Source: Pristiophorus japonicus
Lineage: Eukaryota
Length of the DNA stretch: 64,000 bases
Reading direction: 5' to 3'
NCBI RefSeq assembly: GCF_044704955.1
Contig: NC_091999.1
Span: 28,520,001 to 28,584,000 of the forward strand
This document shows, in pieces, positions 47,915 to 61,700 of this stretch. Each line of letters opens with the position of its first letter. The first letter of the stretch is position 1. The notes beneath the pieces were generated by a model that saw nothing but the letters and a program-made list of their open reading frames with translations, ran no database searches and was not told the origin of the DNA. The position numbers were made by a program, and so were the translations under genes.

Positions 47915-48215
47915 TAAAGCACTTCCAGGGCAGGTAAAACACGGGGTTAGATACAGAGTAAAGCTCCCTCTACACTGTCCTAACAAACACTCCCAGGGCA
48001 GGTACAGCACGGATTGGATACAGAGTAAAGCTCTCTCTACACGGTCCCATCAAAACTCCCAGGGCAGGTACAGTACTGGTTAGATACAGTGTAAAGCTCC
48101 CTCTACACTGTCCCATCAAACATTCCCCGGGCAAGTACAGAACGGGTTAGATACAGAATAAAGCTCCGTCTACACTGTCCCATCAAACACACCCAGGGCA
48201 GGTACCGCACAGGAT
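47915..48215 (-). repeat. About 67-bp tandem repeat, inverted
   Basis: Reverse complement of the 8545/19660 unit. Confidence 0.85.
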
Positions 48216-48465
48216 TGCTGCACTGTCAGTGTAGCCATCTTTCAGATGAGTCGTTCAACCGAAGCCCTATCAGCTCTCAACCAATATCACTCAAACAGAT
48301 TATCTGGCCATTGCTGTTCATGGCAGCTTGCTGTGTGCAAATCATCTGCTGCATTTCCTATACTACAACAGTGAATGCACTTCAAATGTACTTTGTTGTT
48401 GTTGCACTTCTTTGGCTGTAAAGCACGTTGAGGTCATGTGAGGTGCTGCATAAGGACAGGTCTTT
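48215..48465 (+). mobile_element. DeuSINE fragment
   Basis: TACTACAACAGTGAATGCACTTCAAA tail homology. Confidence 0.6.
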
Positions 48466-48703
48466 GTTAAATGAAGGAGAAAAGTTCCAAAAAAGGAACA
48501 GTTAGTAACAGGACAACAATTAGTCGCCACTTATATTGAAGAAGTTAAGGAATCGACACACTATGTGTTGGAACCAAAGCTGATTTATTTGTCAGATATC
48601 CAGGACATTAAATCCAGCCCAGTTACAGGGGAAACACAGCCCGACTGTCAGAATGAACACGATTCAGTCCTGATGTGATTCACAGCAGAATCCAACCCTG
48701 AAG

Positions 48704-49294
48704 TCACTTGTGAACTCGCAGGTGTCTCAGCAGGTTGTATGGGGCAGTGAATCCATTCCCACAGACGGAGCAGGTGAACGGCCTCTCCCCAGTGTGAACC
48801 CGCTGGTGTGTCAGCAGGTTCGATTTCTGAGTGAATCGCTTCCCACGCTCTGATCAAGTGAACGGCCTCTCCCCAGTGTGAATTCGCTGATGTGTCAGCA
48901 GGTTGTATGGGGCAATGAATTGCTTCCCACAGACGGAGCAGGTGAATGGCCTCTCCCCAGTGTGAGCGCGTTGCTGTTTCCTCAGATCATTTCTGCTTTT
49001 AAAGCTCTTCTCACAGTCAGAACATTTAAACGGTTTCTTATCGGTGTGAACAAGTTGATGTGCCAGCAGGTTGGATGAATTACTGAATCCCTTCCCACAC
49101 ATGGACCAGGTGAACAGCCTCTCCCCGGTATGTACTCGCTGGTCTCTCAGCAGGTGGGATGGCCTAGTGCATTCTTTCCCATACTCTGAACAGCTGAACA
49201 GCCTCTCCCCAATGTGATTGCGCTTGTGAATTTCCAGCTCATACGCGTAACTGAATCCCTTCCCACAGTCTCCACATACCCACAGTTTCTCCAT
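48704..49294 (-). pseudogene. C2H2 zinc-finger pseudogene A (7 fingers; upstream degenerate-finger sequence extends to about 49655)
   Basis: MEKLWVCGDCGKGF with HTGERPF linkers; several Cys/His substitutions and an in-frame TGA at 48854. Confidence 0.88.
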
Positions 49295-49849
49295 GGTGCT
49301 GATATCCTTGTGTCTCTCCAGAATGGATGCTCAGTTGAAGCCTCGCCCACACATACCACGTTTACAGATTCTCTGCACTGTGAATGGTGTGATGTTTTTT
49401 CAGGCTTTGTAATTGGTTAAAGCTCTTTCCAAAGGCAGTGCACTGGAACACTCTCACTCGGCTGTGTGTGTCTCGCTGCTTTTACAGTCACACTGATGTT
49501 TGAAATATTTGCCCACAGGCAGAACAGACAAACATTTCTCCTTCCACAGTCAAAGGACGATGATATTCATGTTGCGGTGGATCAAGTGACTCTGTGAGAT
49601 CTTGGTGATGTTTGGTTCCAGTTTCCCATCTGGAAATCCTCCCCTTAACATCCCCTGAAAAAGGAGTTTACAAAAGTCATCACTGTAAGGACAGGATAGA
49701 AACTCAGAACAGTCAATTTTGGTTTCTGTGGTACACATATTCCTCTCTAGTTTCCCCACAGCTGTAAATCCCTATCCCACACACTATCCCTACTCCCCAT
49801 GCTGAAATCCAAACCCATTACAACATCGCCAACATTTTTTCCTTCTTGC

Positions 49850-50125
49850 TGAAGGTGCTGACTCTGGCTGGGTTCAGTTCTACGCTCACTGGTTCCCCTC
49901 CCTCTCCTCCACTGAAGGTGCTGACTCTGGCTGGATTCAGTTCTACACTCACTGGTTCCCCGCCTCTCCTCCCCTGAAGGTGCTGACTCTGGCTGGGTTC
50001 AGTTCTACACTCATTGGGTCCCCTCCCTCTCCTCCCCTGAAGGTGCTGACACTGGTTGGGTTCAGTTCTACACTCACTGGTTCCCTTCCCTCTCTTCCCC
50101 TGAAGGTGCTGACCCTGGCCGGGTT
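49850..50125 (+). repeat. 63-bp ZNF-associated tandem repeat
   Basis: About 4.5 units upstream of ZNF A. Confidence 0.88.
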
Positions 50126-50129
50126 CTAA

Positions 50130-51170
50130 TTTGGCCACAGCTAGAGTACTGTGTGCAGTTCTGGTCACCACATTGCAAGAAAGATATGATTGCACCACTC
50201 AGGGTACAAAGATTTACGAGGATGTGGCCTGAACTTGAGAATTTTAGCTATGAGGACAGATTGGATAAGTTGGGGTTGTTTTTTTAGGAAAAGAGGACGC
50301 TGAGTGGAGACCTCATTGAGGTGTATAAAATTATGAGGGGCCTAGATAGAGTGGATAGGAAGGATCTATTTCCCTTAGCAGAGGGTCAATAGCTGGGGGT
50401 GCATAGATTTAAAGTAATTGGTGAAAGGTTTAGATGGGATTTGAGAGGTTTTTTCACTGAGAGGATGGTGGGAGTCTGGAACTCACTGCCTGAAAGGGTG
50501 GTAGAGGCAGAAACCCTCATAACATTTAAAAGTACTTGGATATGCACTTGATGGGCCTAGATAGAGTGGATAGGAAGGACCTATTTGCCTTAGCAGAGAT
50601 GTCAGCTGTGGCTCAGTGTGTCAGAAGGTTGTGGGTTAAAGTCCCACTCCAGAGACTTGAGCACAAAATATCTAGGCTGACACGCCAGTGTCACTGCACT
50701 GTCAGAGGAGCCATCTTTCAGATGAGGCTTTAAACCGAAGCCTGGTCAACTCTCTCTTTGGTGGACGTAAAAGATCCCATGGCACTATTTCGAAGAAGAG
50801 CAAGGAAGCTATCCCCGGCGTCGTGACCAATATTTATCCTTTACTCAAAATAACAACAACAGTTTATCTGGTCATTATCACATTTCTGTCTGTGGGAGCT
50901 TGCTGGGCGCAAATTAGCTGCCGCGTTTCCCACATTACAACAGTGACTACGCTCCAAAAGTACTTCATTCTCTGTGAAGAGCTTTGAGACCTCCAGTGGT
51001 CGTGCAAGGCGCTATATAAATGTAAGGCTTTCTTTTTTGTGCCATAACCTACAGGGCTACAGACCAAGAGCTGTACAGTGGGATAAGGCTGCAGAGCTCT
51101 GTGCCGGCCGGCAGGGACACGATGGGCCGAATGGCCTCCTTCTGTGCTGTCAATGTCTGGGATTCGATGG
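50130..51170 (+). mobile_element. CR1 3' fragment interrupted by a DeuSINE
   Basis: LEYCVQFWSPH homology; the tail resumes at about 51040 and runs to GGGCCGAATGGCCTCCTTCTGTGCTGT. Confidence 0.8.
50600..51035 (+). mobile_element. DeuSINE, near full length
   Basis: A-box GTGGCTCAGTG, B-box-like GGGTTAAAGTCCC, conserved tail ending GCGCTATATAAATGTAAG. Confidence 0.75.
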
Positions 51171-51179
51171 TGTCTCAGG

Positions 51180-51720
51180 TCTCACTAGCAGCTGAGCTGC
51201 CTGATGGGTGATTGACAGCCGAGAGTCTGCGCATGCGCCCTGGGAAACACGTCCGGCACAGTGCCCCGTCTCGGTTGACATCGGTAATAACAGCGCATGA
51301 TCAGAGGACACCAACCGCCTCCTCCCCCCACATTCAGAGCTGCGCCTGCAAACTCGGATCCTGTGGTGTGGAGTCGGCACGGCACCTTCCGGGGAAAGGC
51401 GTTTGTGTCCGTTAAGAGTCGTGAGCGGTGACGCAAAGTGAGTTTTCTCCGCTCAGAGAATTGCGCGGGGGGATAGGGATAGAATAAAGGGAGATCCAAA
51501 TCCGAGAGTCCGCCCATCCGGGTCCCCGAGAACAGTTTCCACCAGTTTGGCAGAGCACGCCCGAGGGACAAGTGACCCGGGCCTGATTGATAGGAGCTCC
51601 CGACCAATGCGGAGCGAGCGGGGCGGGGCTGGAGAAGCGAGCTGGCGGAGGGTCCTCCAACCAATCCGGGAGCCTGAGGGGCGGGATTTGTGCCGCTGAT
51701 TGTCTGAGCTGCAGGGCACG
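51180..51720. promoter_or_regulatory. CpG-rich promoter-like region between the divergent ZNF pseudogenes
   Basis: TGCGCATGCGC (NRF1) at about 51228; two CCAAT boxes; GGGGCGGGG. Confidence 0.5.
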
Positions 51721-51793
51721 ACCTTGTGCAGTCCCTTCTTCAGGGCCTGGGGCCAGGGGAAGCAATGTGCCTTTATTGTGGGCCCTTTTGAAC

Positions 51794-52135
51794 ATCATCA
51801 TCATCATCATCATAGGCAGTCCTTCGGAATCGAGGCAGACTTGCTTCCACTCCTGAAGTGAGTTATTTGGTGGCTACATAGTCCAATACAAGAACCACAG
51901 ACTGTCACTGGTGGGCGGAACACGTTTGCCGCGCACTACATCCGCTACCTGCGCTTGACCACTTCAAGCTCTCGATATTGAAACTCGAGGCGCTCAGTGC
52001 CCTCCCGGATGCACTTTCTCCATCCAGGGCAGTCTTTGGCCAGGGACTCCCAGGTGTCAGTGATGATGTTGCACTTTATCAGGGAAGCTTTGAGGGTGTG
52101 GTTGTAACATTTCTGCTGCCAACCTTTGGCTCCTG
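51794..52135 (-). mobile_element. RTE-clade LINE 3' fragment
   Basis: (CAT)n tail; minus strand encodes TLKASLIKCNIITDTWESLAKD, typical of the RTE C-terminus. Confidence 0.75.
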
Positions 52136-52259
52136 AACCGTGGACACAAGGCTCTGGGGCTCACAACCCACTGGCTCACATTTTAATGAAGATTTTTTAA
52201 ATTTAGCATTTTAACATAGACTTGTCATGAATAAAAGCAGACAAACTCCGTGTTTCTGC

Positions 52260-55200
52260 TGAACAGTCGGGAGCAGGCCAGCATCGCAAGACCTGAGCGG
52301 ACGCGGGAGTACAAATGGCAGCAGTCAGTAGGAGGGCAGCATCGTCAGACCTGAGCGGACGCGGGAGTACAAAGAGCGGCAGTCAGGAGGAGGCCAGCAT
52401 CGCTAGACCTGAGCGGACGCGGGAGTACAAAGAGCGGCAGTCAGGAGGAGGCCAGCATCGCGAGACCTGAGCGGACGCGGGAGTACCAAGAGCGGCAGTC
52501 AGGAGGAGGCCAGCTGCAGCAAAAACATAAAGTAAAAAAAAATCGAAATCGAAGTGTGACGTCACAGCCAAGCAGGTAAGTGATTGGCTGGTGGATTGGT
52601 GAGTATTTTTTAAAAATCTTTGTCATTGCTATAGGTTAGGAACTGTAATTAAATATTTGTGATCTTTATTATCTAAGGAGAATCAGTTAATTAAATCGGC
52701 TCTGTGATGAAACAGTTTGGCTGGAGATAAGGAATAATGAAGGGAAACCCCACAGATTAAAAGGGTACAGGAGGATAGGGAATGGGTGACCGTCGCACAC
52801 AAGAGTATGGCGAGGCAGGTAGTACAGGAGTCCCCTGAGGCTATCCTGCTCTCCAGCTGGTATTCTATACTGACTACTGGCGAGGGCGGTGATGCCTCTG
52901 GGGAGTGCAGCCAGGGCCAATTCCACAGCACCGTGGGTGGCTCAGCTGCACAGAGGGGGTGGGAGGAAGAAGACAGGAAGGGCTATAGTGATAGGAGATT
53001 CAATAGTTAGGGAGCAGATAGGCGCTTCTACGGCAGCAAAAGTGACATCAGGATTGTGTGTTGCCTCCCTGGTGCAAGGGTCAATTATGTCACTGAGCGA
53101 CTGCAATGCATTCTGGGGAGGGAAGGGGAACTGCCAGTGGTTGTTGTCCACATTGGTACCAACGACATAGGTAGAAAGAGGGGTGACGTCCTGAAAGCTG
53201 AGTTGAGGGAGCTAGGAGTAAGATTGAAAGCCAGGACCTCAAAGTTGGTAATCTCGGGATTACTGCCAGTGCCACGTACTAGTGAGGGTAGAAATAGGAA
53301 GGCTAGTCAGATAAATACGTGGCTGGGGCATTGGTGTAGGAGGGAGGGCTTTAGTTTCGTGAACAATTGGGACCGCTTCTGGGGTAGGTGAGATCTGTTC
53401 AAGTCGGACAGTTTACACCTCAACAGAGACGGGACCAATGTTCTCGTGGGTGGTTTTGATAGTGCAGTTGGGAGGGCTTTAAACTAGCTTGGCAGGGGGA
53501 TGGGAACCCAAGAGAGGGCGCGGAGCTAGTTAGAGTGGGTGAGAGCTCAGATGAACAGAACCCGAAGAAAGGATGCAAAAGTCAAGAGTAGCACTGGGTA
53601 AGTGTAAACTACAAGGTGATAGGAAGGGACAATATGTATGAATATAAAGGGGCTGCAGGAGGGGTCAAAACTAAAAATCAGGGTTTAAAAACTGGTATTA
53701 AAACACTTTACCAAAACGCACGCAGCATTCGAAACAAAGTAAATGAGCTGATAACACAATTCATTACAAATGGATATTATTTGGTGACCATTACAGGAAC
53801 GTGATTGCAGGGTGGCCAAGACTGGGAATTAAACATGCAAGGGTATCTGACAATTCGGAAAGATAGACAAGAAGGGAAAGGAGATGGGTAGCTCTGTTAA
53901 TAAAGGATGATATCAGGGCAGTTGTGAGAGAAAATATTGGCTCCAATTAACAAAATGTTGAATCATTGTGGGTGGAGATTAGAGATAGTAAGGAGAAAAA
54001 GTCACTGGTGGGCGTATTTATAGGCCCCCAAATAATAACTTCACGGTGGGGCAGACAATAATCAAGGGAATAATGGAGGCATGTGAAAAAGGAACGGCAG
54101 CAATCATGGGGGATTTTAACCTACATATCGATTGGTCAAATCAATTCGCACGGGGTAGCCTTGAGGAGGAATGTATAGAATGCATACGGGATTGTTTCTT
54201 CGAACAGTATGTTACAGAATCAACAAGGGAGCAAGCTATCTTAGATCTGGTCCTGTGCAATGAGACAAGATTAATAAACGATCTCCGAGTAAAAGATCCT
54301 CTCGGAATGAGTGATCACAGTATGGTTCAATTTGTAATTCAGATTGAGGGTGAGGAAGTAGTGTCTCAAACGAGTAGACTATGCTTAAACAAAGGGGACT
54401 ATAGTGGGATGTGGGCAGAGTTGGCGAAAGTAGACTGAGAACACAGACTAAACGGTGGCACAATTGAGGAACAGTGGAGGACTTTTAAGGAGCTCTTTCA
54501 TGGTGCTCAACAAAAATATATTCCAGTGAAATAGAAGGGTGGTAAGAGAAGGGATAACCAGCCGTGGATAACCAAGGAAATAAAGGAGAGTATCAAATTA
54601 AAAACTAATGCGTATAAGGTGGCCAAGGTTAGTGGGAAACTAGAAGATTGGGAAAATTGTAAACGACAGCAAAGAATGACTAAGAAAGCAATAAAGAAAG
54701 GAAAGATCGATTACGAAAGTAAACTTGCGCAAAACATAAAAACAGATAGTAAAAGCTTTTATCAATATATAAAACGGAAAAGAGTGACTAAAGTAAATGT
54801 TGGTCCCTTAGAAGATGAGAACGGGGATATAATAATGGTAAATGTGGAAATGGCTGAGACCGTAAACAATTATTTTGCTTCGGTCTTCACAGTGGAAGAC
54901 ACAAAAACCATGCCAAAAATTGCTGGTCACGGGAATGTGGGAAGGGAGGACCTTGAAACAATCACTATCACAAGGAGGGTAGCGCTGGACAGGCTAATGG
55001 GACTCAAGGTAGACAAGTCCCCTGGTCCTGATGAAATGCATCCCAGGGTATTAAAACAGATGGCGGAAGTTATAGCAGATGCATTCGTTATAATCTACCA
55101 AAATTCTCTGGACTCTGGGGAGGTACCAGCGGATTGGAAAGCAGTTAATGTAACGTCTCTGTTTAAAAAAGGGGGCAGACAAAAGCCAGGTAACTATAGG

Positions 55201-56588
55201 CTGGTTAGTTTACCATCTGTCTTGGGGAAAATGCTTGAAGCTATCATTAAGGAAGAAATAGCGGGACATTTAGATAGGAATCGTGCAATCAAGCAGACGC
55301 AACATGGATTCAAGAAGGGGAAATCATGTTTAACTAATTTACTGGAATTCTTTGAGGATATATCGAGCATGGTGGATAGAGGTGTACCGATGGATGTGAT
55401 GTATTTAGATTTCTAAAAGGCATTCGATAAGGTGCCACACAAAATGTTACTGCAGATGATAAAGGTATGCGAAGTCAGAGGAAATGTATTAGCATGGATC
55501 GAGAATTGGCTGGCTAATAGAAAGCAGAGAGTCGGGATAAATGGGTCCTTTTCGGGTTGGAAATCGGTGGTTAGTGGTATGCCACAGGGATCGGTGCTGG
55601 GACCACAACTGTGTACAATATACATAGATGACCTGGCAAAGGGGACAGAGTGTAGTGCAACAAAATTTGCAGATGACACAAAGATTAGTGGGAAAGCGGG
55701 TTGTATAGAGGACACAGAGAGGCTGCAAAGAGATTTAGATAGGTTAAGCGAATGGGTTAAGGTTTGGCAGATGGAATACAATGTCGGAAAATGTGAGGTC
55801 ATCCACCTTGGAAAAAAACAGTAAAAGGCAATATTATTTGAATGGGGAGAAATTACAACATGCTGCGGTGCAGAGGGACCTGGAGGTTCTTGTGCATGAA
55901 TCCCAACAAGTTAGTTTACAGGTGCAGCAGGTAGTCAGGAAGGCGAATGGAATATTGACGTTCATTGCGAGAGGGATGGAGTACAAAAGCATGGAGGTCC
56001 TGCTGCAACTGTATCGGGTATTGGTGAGGCCGCACCTGGAGTACTGCGTGCAGTTTTGGTCACCTTACTTAAGGAAGGATACACTAGCTTTGGAGAGGAT
56101 ACAGAGACGATTCACTGAGCTGATTCCGGAGATTAGGGGCTTACCTTATGATGATAGATTGAGTAGACTGGGTCTTTACTCGTTGGAGTTCAGAAGGATG
56201 AGGGGTGATCTTATAGAAACATTTAAAATAATGAAATGGATAGACAAGATAGAGGCAGAGAGGTTGTTTCCACTGGTCGGGGAGACTAGAACTAGGGGGC
56301 ACATCCTCAAAATATGGGGGAGCCAATTTAAAACCGAGTTGAGAAGGAATTTCTTCTCCCACAGTGTTGTGAATCTGTGGAATTCTCTGCCCAGGGAAGC
56401 AGTTGAGGCGAGTTCATTGAATATATTCAAATCACAGATAGATATATGTTTAACCAATAAGGGAATTAAGGGTTATCGGGAGCAGGCGGGTAAGCGGAGC
56501 TGAGTCCACGGCCAGATCAGCCATGATCTTGTTGAGTGGTTGAGCAGGTTCGAGGGGCTAGATGGCCTACTTCTGTTCCTAATTCTTA
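52260..56588 (+). mobile_element. Near-full-length CR1 LINE: 5' 58-bp tandem monomers, ORF1 esterase remnant, ORF2 EN-RT pseudogene
   Basis: ORF1 SGNH-type motifs VIGDSIVR, CLPGARV and VHIGTND (about 52745-53487); ORF2 about 53490-56503 with YRPP, SDH, QHGF, PQGSVLGP and FADD; scattered stops. Confidence 0.95.
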
Positions 56589-57345
56589 AAAAGTCACTTG
56601 GTGGGTGTAGTCTATAAGACCCCTAACAGTAGCAACTTGTTGGTAGAAGTATAAACCAGGAAATTGTGGGTGCTTGTAAAAAGGGAACAGCAATAATCAT
56701 AGGTGATTTTAACCTCCATATTGATTGCAGAAATCAAATTGGTCAGGTAGCCTTGAGGAAGAGTTCATAGAATGCATAATGGATGGGTTCCTTGAACAGT
56801 ATGCAACGGAACCAACAAGGGGGCAGGCTATCTTAGATCTGGTCCTGTGTAATGAGACAGGATTAATAAACAATCTCCTGGTAAAGGATCCCCTTGGAAT
56901 GAGTAGCATGATTCAATTTCAAATTCAGTTGGCGGATCTCTAACCAGCGTACTAAGCTGAAATAAAGGAGACTAGGAAGGGATGAGGGCTGAGTTGGCTA
57001 AAGTGGACTGGGAAAATAGATTAAAGTGTAGGATGGTTGGTGTACATTTAAGGAGATATTTCACAACTCTCAAGAAAAATATATCCCTGTGAGGAGGAAA
57101 GGGCGTAAGAGAAAAGATGGCCATCCATTGGTAACTAAAACTGTTTCGACATCCTGATCATTTGAGCCAATATCGTTTCTCACTATGGCAGTGATTCCAT
57201 CTTTTATCTTCAGAGCTACCCCACCTCCTTTTCTTTTATGTCTGTCCTTCCGGATTGTCAAGTACCCTGAAATGTTAAGTTCCCAGTCTTGGTCACCTTG
57301 CAACCCAGTCTCTGTAATGGCTATCAGGTCATATCCATTTGTAAC
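56589..57345. mobile_element. Rearranged CR1 endonuclease-region fragments (56589-57138 +, 57139-57345 -)
   Basis: Plus piece SLEEEFIEC...LDLVLCNE; minus piece QDWELNI...GGGVAL...DVETV. Confidence 0.8.
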
Positions 57346-57549
57346 TGGTGTTGGTCGTAAACCCTGAATAAGAAGCTAGTGCTCTCACGTTTGCAGCTCC
57401 AGGACATGTTCACGGCAATAGGCCCAGGTTGGCGGCCTTTGTAAAGGAATGCCGCAGGTTTGTGCATCGCTATCGCTGTTCGTCAAGCCGTAGAGCGCAT
57501 GTGTGGCCATCTTTGTAAACGAACACAGAGTGTTTGGGTCTTCAATGTC

Positions 57550-58022
57550 CCAGTGAGTGTAGAAGTGAACCCAGCCAGAATCAGCACCATCACGGGAGGA
57601 GAGGGAGGGGAAGCAGTGAGTGTAGAAGTGAACCCAGCCAGAGTCAGCACCATCAGGGGAGGAGAGGGAGGGGAAGCAGTGAGTGTGGAAGTGAACCCAG
57701 CCAGAGTTAGCACCATCAGGGGAGGAGAGGGAGGGGAAGCAGTGAGTGTAGAAGTGAACCCAGCCAGAGTCAGCACCATCAGGGGAGGAGAGGGAGGGGA
57801 AGCAGTGAGTGTGGAAGTGAACCCAGCCAGAGTTAGCTCCATCAGGGGAGGAGGGGGAGGGTAGGCAGTGAGTGTAGAAGTGAACCCAGCCAGAGTCAGC
57901 ACCATCAGGGGAGGAGAGGGAGGGGAGGCAGTGATTGTAGAAGTGAACCCAGCCAGAGTCAGCACCATCAGGGGAGGAGAGGGAGGGGAACCAGTGAGTG
58001 TAGAAGTGAACCCAGCCAGAGT
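57550..58022 (-). repeat. 63-bp ZNF-associated tandem repeat, inverted relative to 49850
   Basis: About 7.5 units upstream of ZNF B. Confidence 0.9.
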
Positions 58023-58218
58023 TGGTGTGGAAAACTGGTAATGGAGGATAAAATGTCTTGAGACGTGCGATGTGTTTGGATTTCAGTACAGGGAGGAGGC
58101 AGCGATTTACAGCTTTGGACGAACAAGAGAGGAAAATATGTTCCATAGAAACTAGAATTTATTTTTCTGAATTTGTTTTCTGTACTTATGGTGATGAGAT
58201 CTGTAAACTCCTTTTACA

Positions 58219-58790
<572 letters not shown>

Positions 58791-61700
58791 AGCGTGTGCC
58801 CCATAGCATCTCTCTCACCTTCGATGTGTGAATAGAGCATCATGCCTGCAAACCTGGTTTTAATTTAAATTTGAATCCACTCAGGAAATGTATTTAACAA
58901 AAGACGAACAAGGAAACCGATTACATCAATTAACAGGCAAAGCTTTAGAGTCACCAAGATGAAAAAGTAAACACATCACAGCCCAATAGTCCAGCTCAGT
59001 ATTCACAGGAGAATGTCTGTTATCTAACTGATCGTGTGGACAGAATATAGAAAGACCATAAGTCTAAGAATCTGTTGTAAATATCTTTCAAATCCTGACT
59101 GGTCCAATCTCTTGGTTTCCTTTCAATTGAAATGAATGGAAGATGAGAGGGGTTTAAGAGGAGGGGTAAGTGAGGGTGGAGAATAAGGGTGAAAGGAGTT
59201 GTGATGAAGATGGTTGGAGAGCATAGGTGCAAGAGGAGCTGGGATGGGGGGTTTGGTGAATAGCAGTGTTTCAATTTCACTGAATAAAATATAATTACAG
59301 TCACCAATACGAATTAAGTCAAAGCTTTCTGAACTTAGGCGTGAAAGGGCTAATTGGCACAGACCCAAAAAGTCAACAAATTGACTTGACGGATAGTAAT
59401 TAATCAACATTTTGTTCAGTGGAACTGGGATCCGGAGATCTGTGGCCAATTAGTTTTACTTGGCCAGGCTATCAATCCAGGATGGAGAATTTCTGGGAGA
59501 TGGACGACTAATCTCCTACCAGTAGTTGAGCGATGGGTTTGTTGAGCATGGCTAAACTGACAGAGCGTGCCAGGGGCAATGAACATGGGAAGCTGCACCC
59601 TACCACTCACTTGCCATCATTCCTCGCGAGTCCACAAGGTGACTCGTACCGAAAGCGGTCGATTAGGTCCAGAGTCAAATTGACGAGGGCAAGTCCCAAT
59701 TTGACAAAGGGAAGCATATATTGGCTTATGCAACCCACCTCTGCGCACAGACTTGAGAAATTAACAGGTGAGAGAGGAGAAGCATAAGGAACAGGTGAGA
59801 CAGAGAGGGAAAAAGATCTAAGGTGCAAGTTAACCCAGCTGAGAACTCAACAAAGGAAAGAAAAAACAGAATTAGGGAATAAGTTGCTCAGATGACAATT
59901 TAAAAGGCGAAAAAAGGAAACTTAAAGTTGAAACCAACACAGAAGCTGTCAGTTTCTGTGCCGAGAAAAAGAAAGCACAAGATTACTGAGTGAAAGGAAC
60001 CTTAAAGGATGCTGGAATTTCAGTTTGTGTGAATTGTATTAGAGTGGAAGTTTTCCTGACCATGAATGTTTAAGAATTTACAGTATTTCTTTTGTCTGAA
60101 AGTCTGTCTTTGAAAAAAGCGTTTGTTACGTTTGTTTTAGCTTCACCCAATTTTCTCTGCATGGAGCTAAAAGCCGTTTAACCCTTTGTTGTCTTGGATG
60201 TTGGGAGTTTTAAGGAAGTGTGGATATGTTGAGTATGTTCATTTCAATTCAGATTGTGGAACTAGTAGCAGGGGATCTTTGTGATTTACATTTTGAAGTT
60301 AAAGACGGCGCTATGGATATATTTTGACTGGGGCAAGCTGTGCAACTCTGAAAGCCAGACGAGTTTGTTTTACAAAAGATAAGCTTCAGCCTTGAAGTTA
60401 CGGTTGCCATGTGCCAGATACTTGGTTTGAAATTTCCAAAGCACTTTGTTTTTTCACATTTAAATAAAATTAAATCAATGTTTGTCTACTCATATTCAGT
60501 ATTTTTAGTCATTTGGAAAAGCACCTGAATGTAACAATGATGTAATTTACTGTGTTCTGTAAGCATGTGCTATTTTGTTTTATTTTATCTGTTCTGTACT
60601 GTTTAGTTAATAAAATATTGGTCCGAATTAAATAGGAGCTATTGAAATTAACTAAGCTTTGTTTTATTCAAGGTTAATAATGATAGCTTTACTTATGATT
60701 TCTGCTGGTTTGATGGATTTTCAATTCCTAAGGAAGTTTTGAAGTTACAAACTTAAATAAAAGAACCAACTGTTGATTTAAAACGAACTTCTGTTTGTTC
60801 CCTTGTGTCGTAACGAATTCAGTCTTCTATTTATAATCAATTTATTCTATACCTTCAGCATGAAAAGCAATTTAGAAGTGGAGTATAGTCACAGATGGAG
60901 CACGTGTAACCAGGCACGGGTATCTCCACGCTAATGAACAAAGGAAAAGGCTTACATTTATCGACTGTTTTCTTATCAAACTGGAACCGGCTTTGCCAAA
61001 TTTGGTAGTCTCTGGCTACTGCATAGTCCAGAGACACAAGTTTACATCAGCAACGCATTTAGAAGCATTGCGGCCTGGCTATGGTGATCATAAACCACTA
61101 CTTCTGGACTTTTCTTATCCTAACAATATTTCTAATCCATTCTATTATGAATATCGAAGCCTGGTTGGTCGCAAAACACCAGCTGTTGCTAAGTGAAATC
61201 TGTCTCTCTCTCTCCCTAATAATACGAACATCATTTTTCCCTCTATCGAATTAATTAAACATAAATCTCTTTCAGAAGCTGAATTAACCAGGGTCCACAT
61301 GTCAACCAGTCCCGCAGGTTTTTTTATGGGTTACATTACCTATTGACAAAGAGTTTTATATCCTTCTTTGACTTTACTAATCCTGGTTTCCTCTCAGCGT
61401 CCTTCCCTTTCCTTATATTTTCAATTTCCCTTATTGACTTCCTTACAGCATAATGCAATGACCAGAATCCCTGAAGCTATTTTCCGTGCTATCACCAATC
61501 CCAGCTGGAACAATCTAACTAGATTCTACTTTCCACCATTCCTGATTCGCAAGTCTCGGGATTGCCCGTTCTGTCTCTCTCTTCCTCTATATGATTTGCA
61601 CTGTGTGTTTCTGGGATGTCCTAATTCGCTGAATTATGAACTTTAAAGCCAGAAACAGGGAGAATATAGTGTCCTATATGTGGAATGACTCGAATGGCTT

